Notes under the pieces: generated by a model
Seen by the model: only the letters and a program-made list of their open reading frames with translations
Database searches by the model: none
Told to the model about the DNA's origin: nothing
Translations under genes and position numbers: made by a program
In this document: one piece after another, positions 1-13,919 of the stretch
Layout: each line of letters begins with the position of its first letter
Position numbering within the stretch: position 1 is the stretch's first letter
NCBI GenBank assembly: GCA_000934665.2
Contig: JYFJ02003477.1
Coordinates: forward strand, 1 to 41,359
Reading direction: 5' to 3'
Source: Catajapyx aquilonaris
Taxonomy: Eukaryota
Length of the DNA: 41,359 nucleotides

Positions 1-2634
1 GGGGGGGACAGATTTCACGCACGTGTCATGTAGCAGCTTATAATACAGTATAGGAAGCAAAACGTGCCTGAGATGCACGAAATGAGTTCTCATTTCGGTA
101 CAGAAGAAACGGGAATAAAAAATGGACTACTTTCTGAGCCACTAATCTTGATGAAAGTGACTAAATTTAATAAATGAAAAGGGTAGGACAGTCTTACAGC
201 CCAGCAACCTCCCGAACGCGGATGAATCTTTCAAAAAAAAAAGTACAGCCAGGAAATAAAATACAATTCATCTTTCTCCACCATGTTTATGACAGAGTTG
301 GAATTGATTCTACTGGCCCGGAGAAGGAAATTGAATCATTTCGATGGAGCTGCAGAAGGGTAGTCATAACTTTCCCTAATGTCTNCCCCCCCCCCCCAAA
401 TTACTGGGCACATGGCATACACAAGCGGGAATAAAAGTTTGTATTCCGGGGGAATTGTCAGTTCTGCCGATAGTATACATGCAAACGTCATTAAGTAATC
501 CTGTGGGAGGGGAATTGGAGCTCTGCACAATAAACTACTAATCTAGGACTTCACGTCCTCATTACCCAGTTTAATATATTTCCACGTAATTTGGGAAAGG
601 CGCTCTTCATGTCCATCCCAATTACACAATTACTAGTTTTTCCCCCACCCCACACTGGTTGGAAGGCATTATTGGACCAAAATTAAAGAATGCCAAATTC
701 GCTTTTAAAGCTTGTTTTCCCCTCCCATAAACGTCCTATAGAATGTTCATCATTCATTAACTGCCTACCAGGAAGTAATTATTTTGCATGTAACCTCCAC
801 GCCCACAACTCAAGAGCGCCTCTAATTTAAATATCGATCAGTAAACGCAAGTTCCAATTAGTCATCGTGTCGATCAGCAGGCATTCCACGATCAGGCCCC
901 CCAAAAAAGCGAAAATGGCCCAAATTTACTGAAAGTTATTTTTATTGATGAGAATGAGCCCCAAAAGGATATAAGGCATTGTCTCGTTCGAGGTGAAAAG
1001 AGCAGAGAGAGAAAAAAAGAAAGTCGATGCACTTCCTTTTCGTTATCTCGACACTTGTTGAAACTGGATGCCGTGCGCTTTGCACAACGTTCGCGAATTA
1101 GGCGCTCCGGAGTGACAGAATTTGCATGCCGTAGATCTCTGAGCACGAAAAGGAGCCGGCCTGCGAATATTGTCCCTGTTTGTAATTGCATCGAGGCAAA
1201 GATTGTCCTTCATGTCTCCTTAGGGGCACATTTGTTGCTCTACGCCTCTACGGAAAGAGAAAAGGCTGCAGGCTTCCGGAAAATGGAGGGGCAGCAGCGA
1301 GCACTGAGCAATGGCTCGCCTAACACAGCCCAATGCACAAGGCTTGGCTAACTTATTGGAAACTATTCAGACCTCGGCTGCCATTGCCAGCTATGGCCAG
1401 TTTAGGAGATTCGCTACATGATTTTATAAGCTAAGTTGGATTTTCTTTTAATGTCTTTTGAAGCGATTGAAAATTGTACCTGTCAAATACATCGCGATAC
1501 TGTATGACTTATATTGTAATTTTTTTGTTTTAAACAAAGCTTACTACTCTTATTTTATAATAAGTGAAGCGAAAAATTACGGCAGTTCCGCTACAATAAA
1601 GCCTTGAAATGTTGTATTATACTCATAACTAGGCCAATTACATCTGAAATTACGAAATCGGGTTTATCGAGAATGACAACTTTATAACTTCGAATCAGAA
1701 ATGCAATGCCAATGCTAAATCGGCGGGGGAGAGAGTTTTAGAATGATTTCGGACACTGAGAAATATATGCTAAACCTTTTTCTTCTCCTTTGCCAGAACA
1801 CTCGAGAACACTGGTAAACTGCTTAACACTCTGTATGAAAAATGGCTACTATATCTTTTCCGACTGTTATTGTTCCACCTACACATAACACCTCTGTGTC
1901 CGCCTATACCCTTGCTAAATCTCACGTTGACAACATTTCTACAGTATAGCCGACTATCGATTAACAACAGCAAGATGTGCAAATAACAGTGGCTTCATAA
2001 TGAAGAACGCCATGCAGAAACAATGTAAGTTCAGCTCATACAACACTGATTTAGAATGCGCATTCCCTAGCAAATAGCGGTAGTCGACAGCCCCATTCTA
2101 AAGATATCTAAAATGTTTCGCAGGTTTCGACAGGCCTCCTGGGAGGTATTTTATGACGGCAGGCCAGGGTAGCTCCGAAATCGAGACACGTCCCCGAGCC
2201 CAACTTATAAATTTAAAGCACAACTGGGTGGAGCCAGGTCCAATCAGTCTCACGCCCTGTTTTGTGAACTGCATAGAACAGCCCTGATTAATGCAAAGCG
2301 TTTGTTAACCAGGATCCATAGCAGCTACGTATCCATCTCATTAAACCAATTTTCTGGCCGTCTAGCTTTTTTAGATAGTCCTTCCGGCTTGATGAACGGG
2401 AGCTCCAACTGTGTGAGTCCACTGTCATTAAATTATTAGGGGCGCGATGTTTGCCTCGATGTGGAGCCTCCGATGGGATTCCCAATTTCCCTTTTTTTTT
2501 TACATGCTGTGTATATATCGTATCGCAAACTAGCACACGGGGATCGTAGGTGATACTCTACGAGCCATTGTGGGGTAATTACGTACCGGATAATTACGTC
2601 TGGTTCGTAAATGCGGAGGATCCAAGATATTATA

Positions 2635-3950
2635 CAGGGTGGTGCACAACTTTCGGTTGACATTTTAAAAGGGGGCGCTTTCAAATTTTAGGGGTGAGCA
2701 TAACCATTGGTAGAAAATACGTTCTGGAAATGGTGAGAGAACCGTAGAACACTATTTCAAATAACACTATGATGAGTTTTTAGGTTGTAATAATATGGAG
2801 TCAATTATATTTTAATATTTCCATAATGAAACTTTCGGCTAATTGACACAAGAACAACATTGTTTTAAGAGGGTATCCAGTTTTTAGTGAATATTATAAG
2901 GAACCATTGCGACTATAAGCCGTTGAAACTTACTTGAAAATAATATTATAGGGACATTAAAAGTAGAGACATTTGTAAAAAATGTCTATAATTATATCAA
3001 CACAACACTTGTCAAGAACACATTGCAGCTCATTTGACATAAAGCAGGAGACTTAAAGGTGTTGGAAAAAGCAACGCACATATGCTGAATTTTGTATAGT
3101 AGTTCACACTGTAAGAATTACATGGAGTCACGAACTGTAAACATATCAGTTAAAAACAGATTGTTATTTTCCAAAAATTCATCTCGTCAGATTATGCAGA
3201 GGGTATTTTCAGGTTATGCAATGACGGTGTGCTGTCAACAATATGGTAATTACATGTCACGGGAGGAAATAATATGCAATTTGGCAAGGTAACCCAAAGC
3301 CAATAGCATTCTGGATTTGGCGGCCTTTGCATATCACTACCGACACACCCTGATATTTGACTTTCAGTGAGTCAAGAACAGTTATTAGTATTTCTCTCTA
3401 TTTTGCCTGTACACAGCATGGAAATGGGTTTACTCTCGGTTTTACTGCATCTGAATATGCCCCAATGCAAACTTATACAGTATTTTTCACATGATAATAA
3501 TTTGATGGCTGTCGGTGACAGAGATTACGGCACTAAACTTGTGGCATTCTATGAAAATAATTAAAAGAGGGTTAATGTTCACATGATTAGGCCAACGTGA
3601 ATTGCTAAAGTTTTCACAAACAACGTCAGAACCCGAGATTATTGTTTTGATAATCCCGTTCTTTGTATTGTAAAGATGCCAGTCACATAATTATTATGGC
3701 TGCATTCTAGGTAAATAGTTCTAGGTTATTAAATATCGGTTGCATAAACGAGGATTGAGAAAAAAATCTCCGTTGACGATGATGCAACACACAATGAACG
3801 GTCTGTTGTTAATTATGCTGATAAAACCAGGCCTAAGACTATTTAAAATGTTAAATGTCACATTGACGGATATTTTTGAAGAAGAACCCTTGCCACTGAT
3901 TCTTTATCATATGCCTTTCATGCAGCAATGACTGTTACCTGACATTATTT
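2635..3950 (+). mobile_element. Highly degraded Tc1/mariner-superfamily element (CAGGGTG end, eroded transposase)
   Basis: TA|CAGGGTGGTGCACAACTTTCG at 2633-2655 resembles insect Tc1-type termini. Broken downstream frames loosely match this transposase group: LFSKNSSRQIMQRVF (~3160-3210), FAYHYR (~3325-3345) and LTDIFEEEPLPLILYHMPFMQQ (~3860-3930; cf. LLEDVPL..MWFQQDGAP). No matching right TIR found. Confidence 0.35.
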
Positions 3951-5602
3951 CAATAGCATTCAATGATAACTTAATTTATAGGCTACCATAAATTGATTGT
4001 ATCTCCTGACAAAACATAATTTGTATCGCTTAATAAAAATGGTACATATTTTACGTTACCGTATTGTAACAGATATCTAATTTGTGGCGTGCTGTGACAT
4101 TATACAAGTATGTTGTAAAAATAACGAGAGTTACTATGCGCAGTTCATTTTAACTCTCGTTCCATGTATTGATTTCATCATTAAATTTATAGCCCATTCT
4201 GTTAATTATTACCTATTGTGTGACCTAGCTGGTTGCTGGAATGCTTATTAAATACCAAATATCATAACTCAGCCGCATATTATAAATAATAATTAGGCTA
4301 AAATCCTCTGCGCACGCGCTATATCACTGTCACAAACTCTATAGTAGGCCTAATAATGACCCTTTTGCTAACATTTGAGTACATGGAATTTAAATACATC
4401 ACACCCACATCTGATCACTAAACTCTAAAAAAAACCCTAATTAAGTACTTGAAAACAATTTAATAATTTATGCGTTATTAATTAATATAACATATGGCGG
4501 GTTTATTGACTTGATTGTAGGTTGATATGATGGTAAAGTTAACTAATTATTGATGATTTCCATATTAATTAATTACTGCTACATGATAGTCGCATTGAGA
4601 GCGTATCGGTCCCAAAACATAGCGTATGGCATTGGCATCCAGTATAAGTGAAAATCGTGGGACTAGTTTGGAAAGGCAATAAGCGTAAGTGCACCCTAAC
4701 AAAAAAATCAACAGCGCAGGCCCCAAGTTGCGCGCCACCCTATGGGAATTTTTGACTGAAGGTTGAAATCGGCCATTTTTGAAAGTGACAGCTCCACACT
4801 TTTTATCCCAGGCTTTGGAGCAGAAGCCGAGCGTAATCCTCGCCACCATTTACCTGGATCCGTTCTCTAAGCCAACTTTCGTCTCCGAGATCCGACAGCA
4901 TCGTGGCTTGGAAGGGTAGCCCTATATACGCCTGGACGCATCGAGCGAGCAAGCGGGAGTCGCCGGCTGACTTGGTTGTGGTCAGTGCTGACCAGGAGGT
5001 GACCCCTACCAAAGCCGCCGGCGGGATTGTAGGGACGCGCGGTTTGAGTGCTTTTCCAGCTAGTTGCCTAATGGAGTCGATGTGGAGGATTGGCATTGTA
5101 AACGAGTGGCTGGGATTAATGGCTTGGGGGAAGGCACAGGAGAAATTACGCTGTTCTTCAAATAGGAGGAATACATGTGGCGTATTCCGTCCTACGGGTG
5201 TTCAGTAATTGCACTATTGGATGTACAGGATCTGGAAAGTTTATGATGGGTTGCTGCATGAATTTGCGGTTTTATTGCAAATTGCATTCCTGTGGTCATT
5301 ACAGTACTGCACTGGATTTGGGTCATTATAAGGAATTAGGAAGTTGGGTCTGTGTGGTGCTCCAGCACAACCGGATATTGCCTTGTCAAACCCACAGTTA
5401 ACATCAACCATTCATATTATTTCGTTCCGTTAAAAAATTCACCCTATCGTGAAATAATGATGGGAAACCATACATGCTCAGTAGGGATGTTTTCTTTCTA
5501 AAATTCTGAAAAACCAGGGCGACTATCGTATACATACACAGAGCACACTGTATACATACGGTACACTACTGAAAAAACTGCCATGTAGGCCTACCTACCC
5601 CC

Positions 5603-5688
5603 CAAGTAGCGCCACACGCGGCTTCCGAAGCGGATTACCAAGTTTATTCATGAACGCTTCCACCCGCGCCCGCATGTGGCGCTGCTTG
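5603..5688. repeat. Small imperfect foldback (19-bp arms), possible tiny MITE relic
   Basis: caagtagcgccacacgcgg (5603-5621) pairs with ccgcatgtggcgctgcttg (5670-5688) with 2 mismatches. There is also an inner gaagcg/cgcttc pair. Confidence 0.6.
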
Positions 5689-5720
5689 TAGCCTACCCAT
5701 AAGCGCCCATAAGGCAGCTT

Positions 5721-6241
5721 TTAGACTTTTTCTCATCGAAAAAGTATTAAAAAACGGCGCTGTACGTCTGTCCGTCCGTCCGTCTGCGGATAGGTATCAG
5801 GGCCTAAACCGTAAACCGCAAGAGATAGCGACAAACGGTTTTCAGATTCGGATTCATGGTCAACTTCCGGTGACCTTCCACTTCCTCTTTTACGGGTTCA
5901 CTCAATCCGTACAAATCTACTTTACGGGTGGGGTTATCGTTGGATTTCGAAATTAGTTTCCCTGGATTCCTGACCAAGTGTCTCTGAGATTTACCCAGGG
6001 TTTTACCTGGCTCGCTGGCACAGGGGCTGTGGAATTAATTACTGACGTTGGACATGTTTGCGATGCGTGTTCTCGGCCGCCATGATGTTATCGCCCAGGC
6101 CGATACTGGAATCGATACGTTGCCTATGTTACAATACCTCGGTATCGATGTATCGATTCACATTCTCATGCCTGCTGCATACTTGAAAGATGAAACAAAA
6201 GTCTCATCGAATCACGCGAGTGTGATTTGCCAATCTTGTTT
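5721..6241 (+). mobile_element. DINE-1/HINE-like non-autonomous Helentron (rolling-circle) element, copy 1
   Basis: 5' subterminal repeat agactttttctcatc followed by its partial inverted repeat gaaaaagt (5723-5745). (GTCY)n microsatellite at 5766-5785. 3' subTIR gatgaaacaaaagtct at 6189-6204 and stem-loop aatcacgcgagtgtgatt at 6210-6227. T-rich ends with no TSD. Collinear with the reverse complement of 30083-30593. Confidence 0.85.
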
Positions 6242-8744
6242 CCAATAATGTGTGTGTTTGAAACACATGGGCGCACTTTACGATTGAAGTAGGACTGAAA
6301 ACTAAAGAAATAAATATTGGTACATTTCAGGGTGGCTAGGGTTTGCGTAGTAAGATTCCTCACCTGTGCATCAAATATAATTCTTTGGCGCCTTGGTGTT
6401 TTCCCTATGAAGTTTATCCGAATCATTACAAAACATTCTGTAGGCTACATGCACCACTGTGAAAAGCGATGTAAGGGCACACGATATCTTTTATCATCCA
6501 TGGTAATGATATCGACACCAATATTATTGCCAGATAGTTCCTATCTAGCAACCCCAGTGTAGCATGACTTATCATGGGATGCACACTTTATTGCATGATA
6601 TCTCTATAATTAGATGAGTTATGGCCGCTCTATACTTAGATTTCCTTCTCCAGTACCAGATGTAACCAGCTCTCTCAAGCATGAATGTAAAGCATTACTA
6701 TCCAGAACAACAAATCTACCAAAAATCCTCCAAGTATTGAAATTATAATCCCAGTTTTTTAAGTTTCAGAAGTGGACCCACATAATGTCGTTCTTGATCT
6801 CTCCGTGTCATACAGAGTCCCTCCTGAAAATCGATCAGTCGTGTGACTGATTAGTAAAATGAGGCGGACGTAATAACCGTGGGAGAGGCGTTAAATGCCA
6901 CGCAGACGCTGCCATACAGGTGATATCAGGCTACGGGTCTCTTCAAAAGCTCTCCTTTGGCGCGCCTCATTTGATGGGGTCCTGCTGGGAGTGCAGCATG
7001 GAAATCAAATTAGAGCCCCCGCGCGGCCAATCCCATACTACCAACTGTCACATTCGTTGCCTGCCTCGTAAAAATGCTCATATCCAACCGGTTTTTTTTA
7101 GACCAACCAGCAAGCCCTGTTTTTTTCCCCCCCCGCCAAGGGACTGTTTCAGACTACCCGAGAGTCTGACTTTGATGGAAGAGAGATGTGGAGGTGAAGC
7201 TCCTCTTTTGCTGTGCTCTGCTGGCTTTTTTGCATTATGCTAATGAAAACTGTTTTATGTAGTGCACATGCTCCGCATAGGTGGTATTACGGATTAAATT
7301 CTCAAGCTGCTAGGCCTAAGCACTCTGTAAAAAATTATAAAATAATTACTTTTTGTACGCGGGTCGAGTAAGGAAAACTTGGATATGCCATATAAGTTTA
7401 ATATTAAACCTTAGTAAGTAAATACAGGGGTTGTACAGTATGTTGTAGTACTGAAGTGGTAGGTTTTAGCGAAAAACAAAATGCGACCAGACTGCAATGC
7501 AGGTTTACTCTTTCCTGGTGTCGTAGTGGTCAATGGGCAGAGCACCATCCTCCCCTTCAATAGTAATGAACTTAATGATTGACGGGAAAGCTTCGAAACC
7601 CAGTCCAAAATGGTAGCACTCGAATTGAACTCAAAGCAGAGCGCATCACTCGAGCGAAATAAATCGGGCAACCTCACTATAACACACGGCCCACAGGCTG
7701 TGTGTATAGTACACCGGAACTAATCAATTGTGTAATGGTAAATCTATCGTGCAAAGTTTAAAGGGTGCCACTGTTTACCTGACAAATGAAAATATCCTCA
7801 CGGATTACCTAATGACTGTTGTGGCATGAAAGATGTGAGATATACAGGCAATTTATTGGTCTTTCTAATATTTTATTGGCTTTAAAAACATTGGAAACTG
7901 CATATTACGGGGTCATTCATATCACTTTGCCAGAAGTTCGTCTTCCTCAAGTGCAGAATCTACGTAGGTAGGCTTAACGTCATATCACTCTTATTCATAA
8001 AATATTCTGACGACAGGAACAGCTTGATTAGTTTGATCAGCTTTTAGTTATGTATTGCGCAAAAATTAATTATTCATTATGCCAGAGGGTTGGAAATGAT
8101 CTGGCTTCCATAATTATGTTGTTCAGTTATTTTCGTATCCAGCAACATACACTTCCTGTTTAAACAGTAGGTGTAGCTCTATGTGTGGTTACCCACAAAG
8201 CATGTCACATTGAACCTCAGTGTTTTGACCCCAACATATGTCACGCACAGTCACGCCGAGCCAACTCCCCCTCTAAAATATACGTCACGCTGCACTTCCT
8301 ATCAATATTTCAATGTTCCCCTACAATAATGAATATTGTAGACGGATTTGGAGTGTGTGCCCTAAAGCACCTGCAACATTAATTATATACTAATGCTACT
8401 TTAAAAAATTGAGTCAACTCGTCGCAAACATACGAGTTCCTTTGTTCCTTTGAGGCTGACATCACGCTAGGCAGACACCCTTTACCAGAGCGACATACTT
8501 TATGGGCACGATCCCTCTGGACTGTTCAGCCTGACAACGGAAGAATAAGTAAGACGAAAGAAAAGACGACCCATCATTTTTACATAATACAGCGTCCTTG
8601 ATTGCTCCCATTAAAAGAACCAATGTGCATTGCTACATAGTATAGTTCTGCTATTACATTTATGGCATTTTATTGGGGGAGCTGCAGCCATTTGCTGCAT
8701 TGGCGTTATTAAATTTTATTATCTGGTGACCTAGATTCCAACTA

Positions 8745-9075
8745 TATTGATGTTCCTACGCCACTTTTTGCATAATTTTAGAGCCTGGACGGTGCACAAT
8801 TGGGGGCCAGGGATGTTAATTCGACCAGTCAACTACACCCTGATCCGACCAGCGGAAACTTGCGCCGAAATTTTCCTCGCGAACAAAAAATCACTCGGTG
8901 AGCCATTGGAGCCCGAATTGTATACGATCCGGGCGGACGCAATGCGCGTCTTTATTGGGGCCAGTGTCATCTCCTCGGCGCCGTCAATGGCTCCTCAACT
9001 CTCTGGCTCAGGTCAACAGGCATCTGGTCCCCGGCCTCACGACCAGACCAATAAGCCGGTTTATTATTCATAGCC
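8745..9075 (+). mobile_element. Degenerate RTE-like LINE 3' ORF fragment
   Basis: Frameshifted motifs occur in the expected order: VPTPLF../RAWTV (cf. PTLLYG.E.WT), LRRNF..KIT (cf. LRRIL.I...KITN), RLYWG (cf. RLRW.GH) and GPRPHDQTNK (cf. G.R..GRP.KR). Recognised by eye only. Confidence 0.4.
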
Positions 9076-12000
9076 CGGGAGCCTAAGGATGTTTTTCCGG
9101 ATGTGTCTGGCATTTTCTATCCTTTTGGTCCCGGCCGGAAAGGAGGGTTTCCAGACCAAATGGCATAACAATGCTGCAGGGCAGGCTTGGAAACATGGAC
9201 AATGTGTATAGAGGAAAGTTTTCTACTGCATTGGGTTGGTTCGATGTAATGGCGCATGGCTGTAAATTAACGTAGTATGGAGATAAAAATATATTAAATA
9301 AATCAAGAAAATGGCAACGTTCCCACTGGATTAGTACAGTCTCCAACCGCTTGGAGCACGAGTTACTTTTGATTTGGCATATATAGGCCTACTGGCATAT
9401 CGTCGAAATAAGTCCAAATATTCTGGCAGTTGAAAATTATTTACACCACTTAGCCTGGTGAAGTCAGTTTATTCCGAAATATTCGCAAAGAGCCAGTAAG
9501 CCAGGATTACCTGTTTTCACTAGCATGTAAACAAGTCTGGTAACTGGGTGTTTGGACTTGGATCTGTATGCCCACAATATATTCTGATGCAGAAGGGTGT
9601 GCATAAAGACAGAAAATTATTTATGAACAGTGAGCTGCAACCGCCAGGTTTTAGAATGTACCGACTGTTTCTGGTGTTTTTTTCCCTCGCCAATAAAAAA
9701 GCGCCACTCACAATTATGTCTGGCGTAGTTGAGCAGTTCAAGCCAACGGGCAGTTCCATTTCAGAACGAGATGGAAAAGCTGAGAACGAGCAATTAAAAT
9801 TGGATAAAAACGAATAAACGAGCGATTCCGCGTTCATTTCGACGGTTTCATTAAACGAGCCCACGGTGCTTAACTGCCAACCATTGGCACTAGGGGGTAG
9901 TCGTACCCTACTAAAAAAAAGGCGTCACTTGTATCAGGCGAATTAGCACAAGGTTAAATAACTGGGATGCGGTTTCACAGCAGGTTTTCCGGGGAGTGTT
10001 TGCCTGTTCGTCCGCAGGGAAATTATCGCGCGAGACCTGTGACTGTTATTGTGCACTCAGCTCGAGAAGACTGATGGATATCGCGCAGATATGAATTAGC
10101 AGAACTATTTGTGTCATGGCGGGCGGATGACCTCAGGGGGAATTTCTCAGACCATTTCCACGGGTCACCCTAATCATTCTTGCCGAAAAAGAATGACGCG
10201 CTTGACAAGCTCATTTGTCGCATAGACACATCTTTCCGTGTCGATTCCACAGTCTATCGCAAGCCCGAATGGCTGCACCCCCTACTATTTGTCCAAGTCA
10301 CGGAGGAACTGAACGCAGTATATTTCCACTCCGGTCCTCCCCGAAAGTTTCAGCTGCTACAGTAAGTGGACCAAAAAAAGGGTCTAAGGTTGGGGTGGAA
10401 GACCGCAAGGGAAACCAATCTCCATTTCCCCAGCTCTGTCCGATCGTAAGGTCACACAACCATATTTCCCCAAGTAGCAGGACCTCCGACGACCTCAAAT
10501 ACACAATGCATGCCAAGTGGGTCGTCTCCAAGTGTCCCGGACGTGCCAAGCACCTCAAGTAGCCACTCACTTTAGCGCACCTCCAAAATACCTCTCACAT
10601 TTATTATTATTTCCATTCTCTCCTTTCTGAGTGGGTAATATTATTCCAGCTGGAAGTCGTGGCGTACATTTTTAATTGCGAGGTAGTACTGCAAAAATTT
10701 ATATTAAGCCTGGAATATCCATGGGAAGGAAGGTTTATGGCAGACGTTTTTTTACGCGTGTCAGATTTGGACCCACCCGAATAGGCCGGTGGGAAAATAA
10801 AAGTTCTTCTCCTGACCAATTATTATCATGTCACAAGTTGCTCTCCCTGCAGTCTTGCTAGGCTCTCCGAATTACTGCATTAAGGTGCCATTCTTTGCCT
10901 TTTCATAATTGTTTTTTTTTAAATCGCCTGGCTGGCTCACTAATTTTACGTACATTGTTGGATATGCATGTCGAGTTTAAGGAGTTAATTAATGTACAGA
11001 TATACCATTTTGGTAGGAAAAGGCGGTTTTGTGCGAAAATCTTAATGTTGCTTGCAATTCCTTTAAAATTCCTGAATATTTTACGATGAGTAAAAACATC
11101 ATAAAATTATGCTGATTGACTTCTGACAAAGTCATCAAAGCTATAACTTACATCTTTCAGCAACATGAATAGCTGTGGACCATGCAGAAAGCCCAGTCTA
11201 CCATATCATTCGTTATCATTAGACAGCTTATCTCTTTGGTACAGTGTGGCACAGCTTGAAATATCTCCAATGTTACATTTCGGCGATTTTTGGTTATCGG
11301 CTGGATGGTGCATGTCCTGATGATAAAAACTCAAAAGTCAAAAAACCAACTAGGATCCAACAAAGCAATTTCAAAAGGTATCAGTTTCAATGGGCCAGAG
11401 CAGACTAGCAGAGAATAATTATGTTCATCGCGAAAGTTAACAATTTTTGCACTAGAAGTATAGTGCAAATTTAAAAAAAAAACATCAGTACTGTTTACTG
11501 TATAATCTGTTGCAGCAGCTCACATGAAGCTTATTTCCGTTCAAAATTTGCATTATGACATATTCCGGTCTTATAGGTACCTTACAATAGCAGTGCTCGC
11601 TCATTGCGAGGTATATCACACGGACAAATTATTGGATGCACGCACCCCTGTGCCATTCAGCAACATGCCTCAAGTCATTTCTAAAAAATGTTTTATATTG
11701 ACATCATTGACATAATGACTGAGCCTGAAATTCAGAGTCCAAAATGATGAGAAACCTGATTTACAAGCGTACTACAAAAATTCCAAGCTCACAGCCAGCT
11801 TTGACGCTTTATGCAGAATAAAGAGGAATCTTAATTCTATATATAGGTGTAGGGGGATACCGCTTCAAACTCATTTCTTTTTATAAAATATGATTTGGTA
11901 GCTCATGCCTGTAGGCTTTCCAAGCTAATGAAGGTCATTATCTAAACACTGGCCACACACGCTCTCATCCCCTGATGTTGAGTGAATTCCTCCGTCCTCA

Positions 12001-13919
12001 TAAATAAGTACACAATGAAAGGATACTCCCCAAAATTATGCCTTATCACATGCTAACATTATGTCATCATGAATAACACCCTACTACTTGTATTCTTATT
12101 AGGCTATACAGGGCCGTAATAGCGATAACCTCTGCAACATTTGGGACGGATTCACCGAATCACCCTGTATAATGAAACGAAAGGCAGCTTGGGGCATTAG
12201 CTAATGCCCTTCAGGGTACAAGTTATTGCAAACGAGTTACCCCCCCCCCNTTTGTTCTTAGATGCCCCCAGTCATAACCGTGCGGCGATCGTAAAACTCA
12301 ATCCGGACCCATATACGGAGACACGACAGGTGGTCCCAGAACAAAGAAACATTTCCTCCAGCCCGGGAAAGTCCGCAGACTAGGACAAAACTTAATCGAT
12401 AGTGGCAAAGATATATTTCCTTCCCCGCCCCGTAGGTCTGCCGTGGCCGCAATCCCAGGCTGTGATTGCAGATGCCACAAAGGAGGAGGGTCAGGTCAGC
12501 AGCGTGGCCAATGTCCCTCCCCACCCTCTTGTTTGCAGGTGAAATTTGTGGGGGCTTGACTTTGGAGTGAAGATGAATGGGGAGAGACTGGTGCACGGGA
12601 TTTAGTGGGAGGAAAGGGGTGATGTATGGCGAAAGGCCAGATTTACGAGAGAGATACCATAATTTTGTCGACTTTTTGTGCAACAGAATGCAGTGACGAG
12701 AGAGCCTATCGTTGCTTTTTCGGGAGGGATAATGACGCCATGTTCTATCTCAAAAGATGGAAGCTTGCAGCCGACTCGACAGAAGCAAACTTTTCCATAA
12801 TGCCCCTGTCATAGTTTGAAATCGTGGATGATGAAATACAAACCGCACGCTCGAAGAGTTACTGCAAATTTCCTCCTCTCTGCGATATATATACGAATAT
12901 ATATATGGAGGCGTAAATTATTGCCCTCCGACTCTGACAGGCATTGTGGTCTAGGATACGAAGCTCATGCATATGCATAAAGATGATACTGTTCTTTCCT
13001 CCTTTCTGTACTCCTATACTATGAGCCTATTATGCGGCTCATCGGTTTTCCAGGCACAATTACAGGTCCAAAAGAAATGGGGGAGCCGGGAATGGAAGGG
13101 GGGGGGGGGGGTCACACGAAAAACGATGCTCAAAAACCAGCTTTTATAATATTCAAGAGGATTGCACCTGCCCCATACAACTCTGTGCTCTACTTTGAAA
13201 TTCCAGACTTAATTAGTTACTTTGAATCTATAACGAGCAGAAACCACTTTCATAGACGTGAATACATTTCCAAAAATTGACAAATAGCAAACAAAAACTT
13301 TTGCAGCAAAAATACATATCTTGTTTGCTGATCATATTTTGTCGGCCGAATAGCATGAGCTTAATTAAGTGCAGTTTATTCTCCGGCTACTTGAAAGTGC
13401 ATTTTAAGCCGAGGTTTAAAAAAAAAGAAATTGGTAAGAAAATCTTTGCAAAAGTTGGCTCAAGAGCTGTGAAAAAGTGTTCTTGAACTTTAAAAAAAAA
13501 ATCCCTTCGGCATTTCTTAATGCGGAAAGAGTCCCGACGCAACGCCAACAGAGTAATAATTTTACTCGCACGACTTTAGTGCAATTAGTGGAAACGGGGA
13601 ATTTGGGCTTTGGGAGAATGAAATCAAATTCACCCCTCATTAAGGGAAGGGGAAAAAATTATATTATGGAGATGGTAGCAGACCTTTTCCCATCCTATCC
13701 TCATTTTTTCCCCAATTTTTGGGCCGCTCTCTGGGGAACCAAAGACAGCTGGAGCGGCGCAATGCGGCTCACATTCAGCCAAACTCTGCTGGGCCCAATT
13801 ACAGTCAAAGTTAGAATCCACAACGCAAGCGGTTCCGCAGGTCATAAAAGATTAAAAGCAAGGCATCATGCGATTTTAAAGTAGCTTTCACGAGGCTCTG
13901 ACCGCGGGCTTATCGCATG

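Noticed and set aside
385..398. Ambiguous base next to a poly-C run (also at 12250 and 38113)
   Set aside because: Most likely homopolymer sequencing or assembly uncertainty, not biology.
4565..5208. GC-richer stretch with faint R2/RLE-like peptide hints (VQAYIGLP..GG)
   Set aside because: Too few matching residues to call.
10880..11460. AT-rich sequence resembling Kolobok-like non-autonomous elements
   Set aside because: Could not define paired termini or a TSD.
12105..12171. tatacaggg...ccctgtata mini inverted ends
   Set aside because: Only 9 bp of IR. It may be a Tc1-type remnant but cannot be distinguished from chance.
12192..12209. 18-bp perfect palindrome gggcattagctaatgccc
   Set aside because: Short and isolated, with no supporting context.
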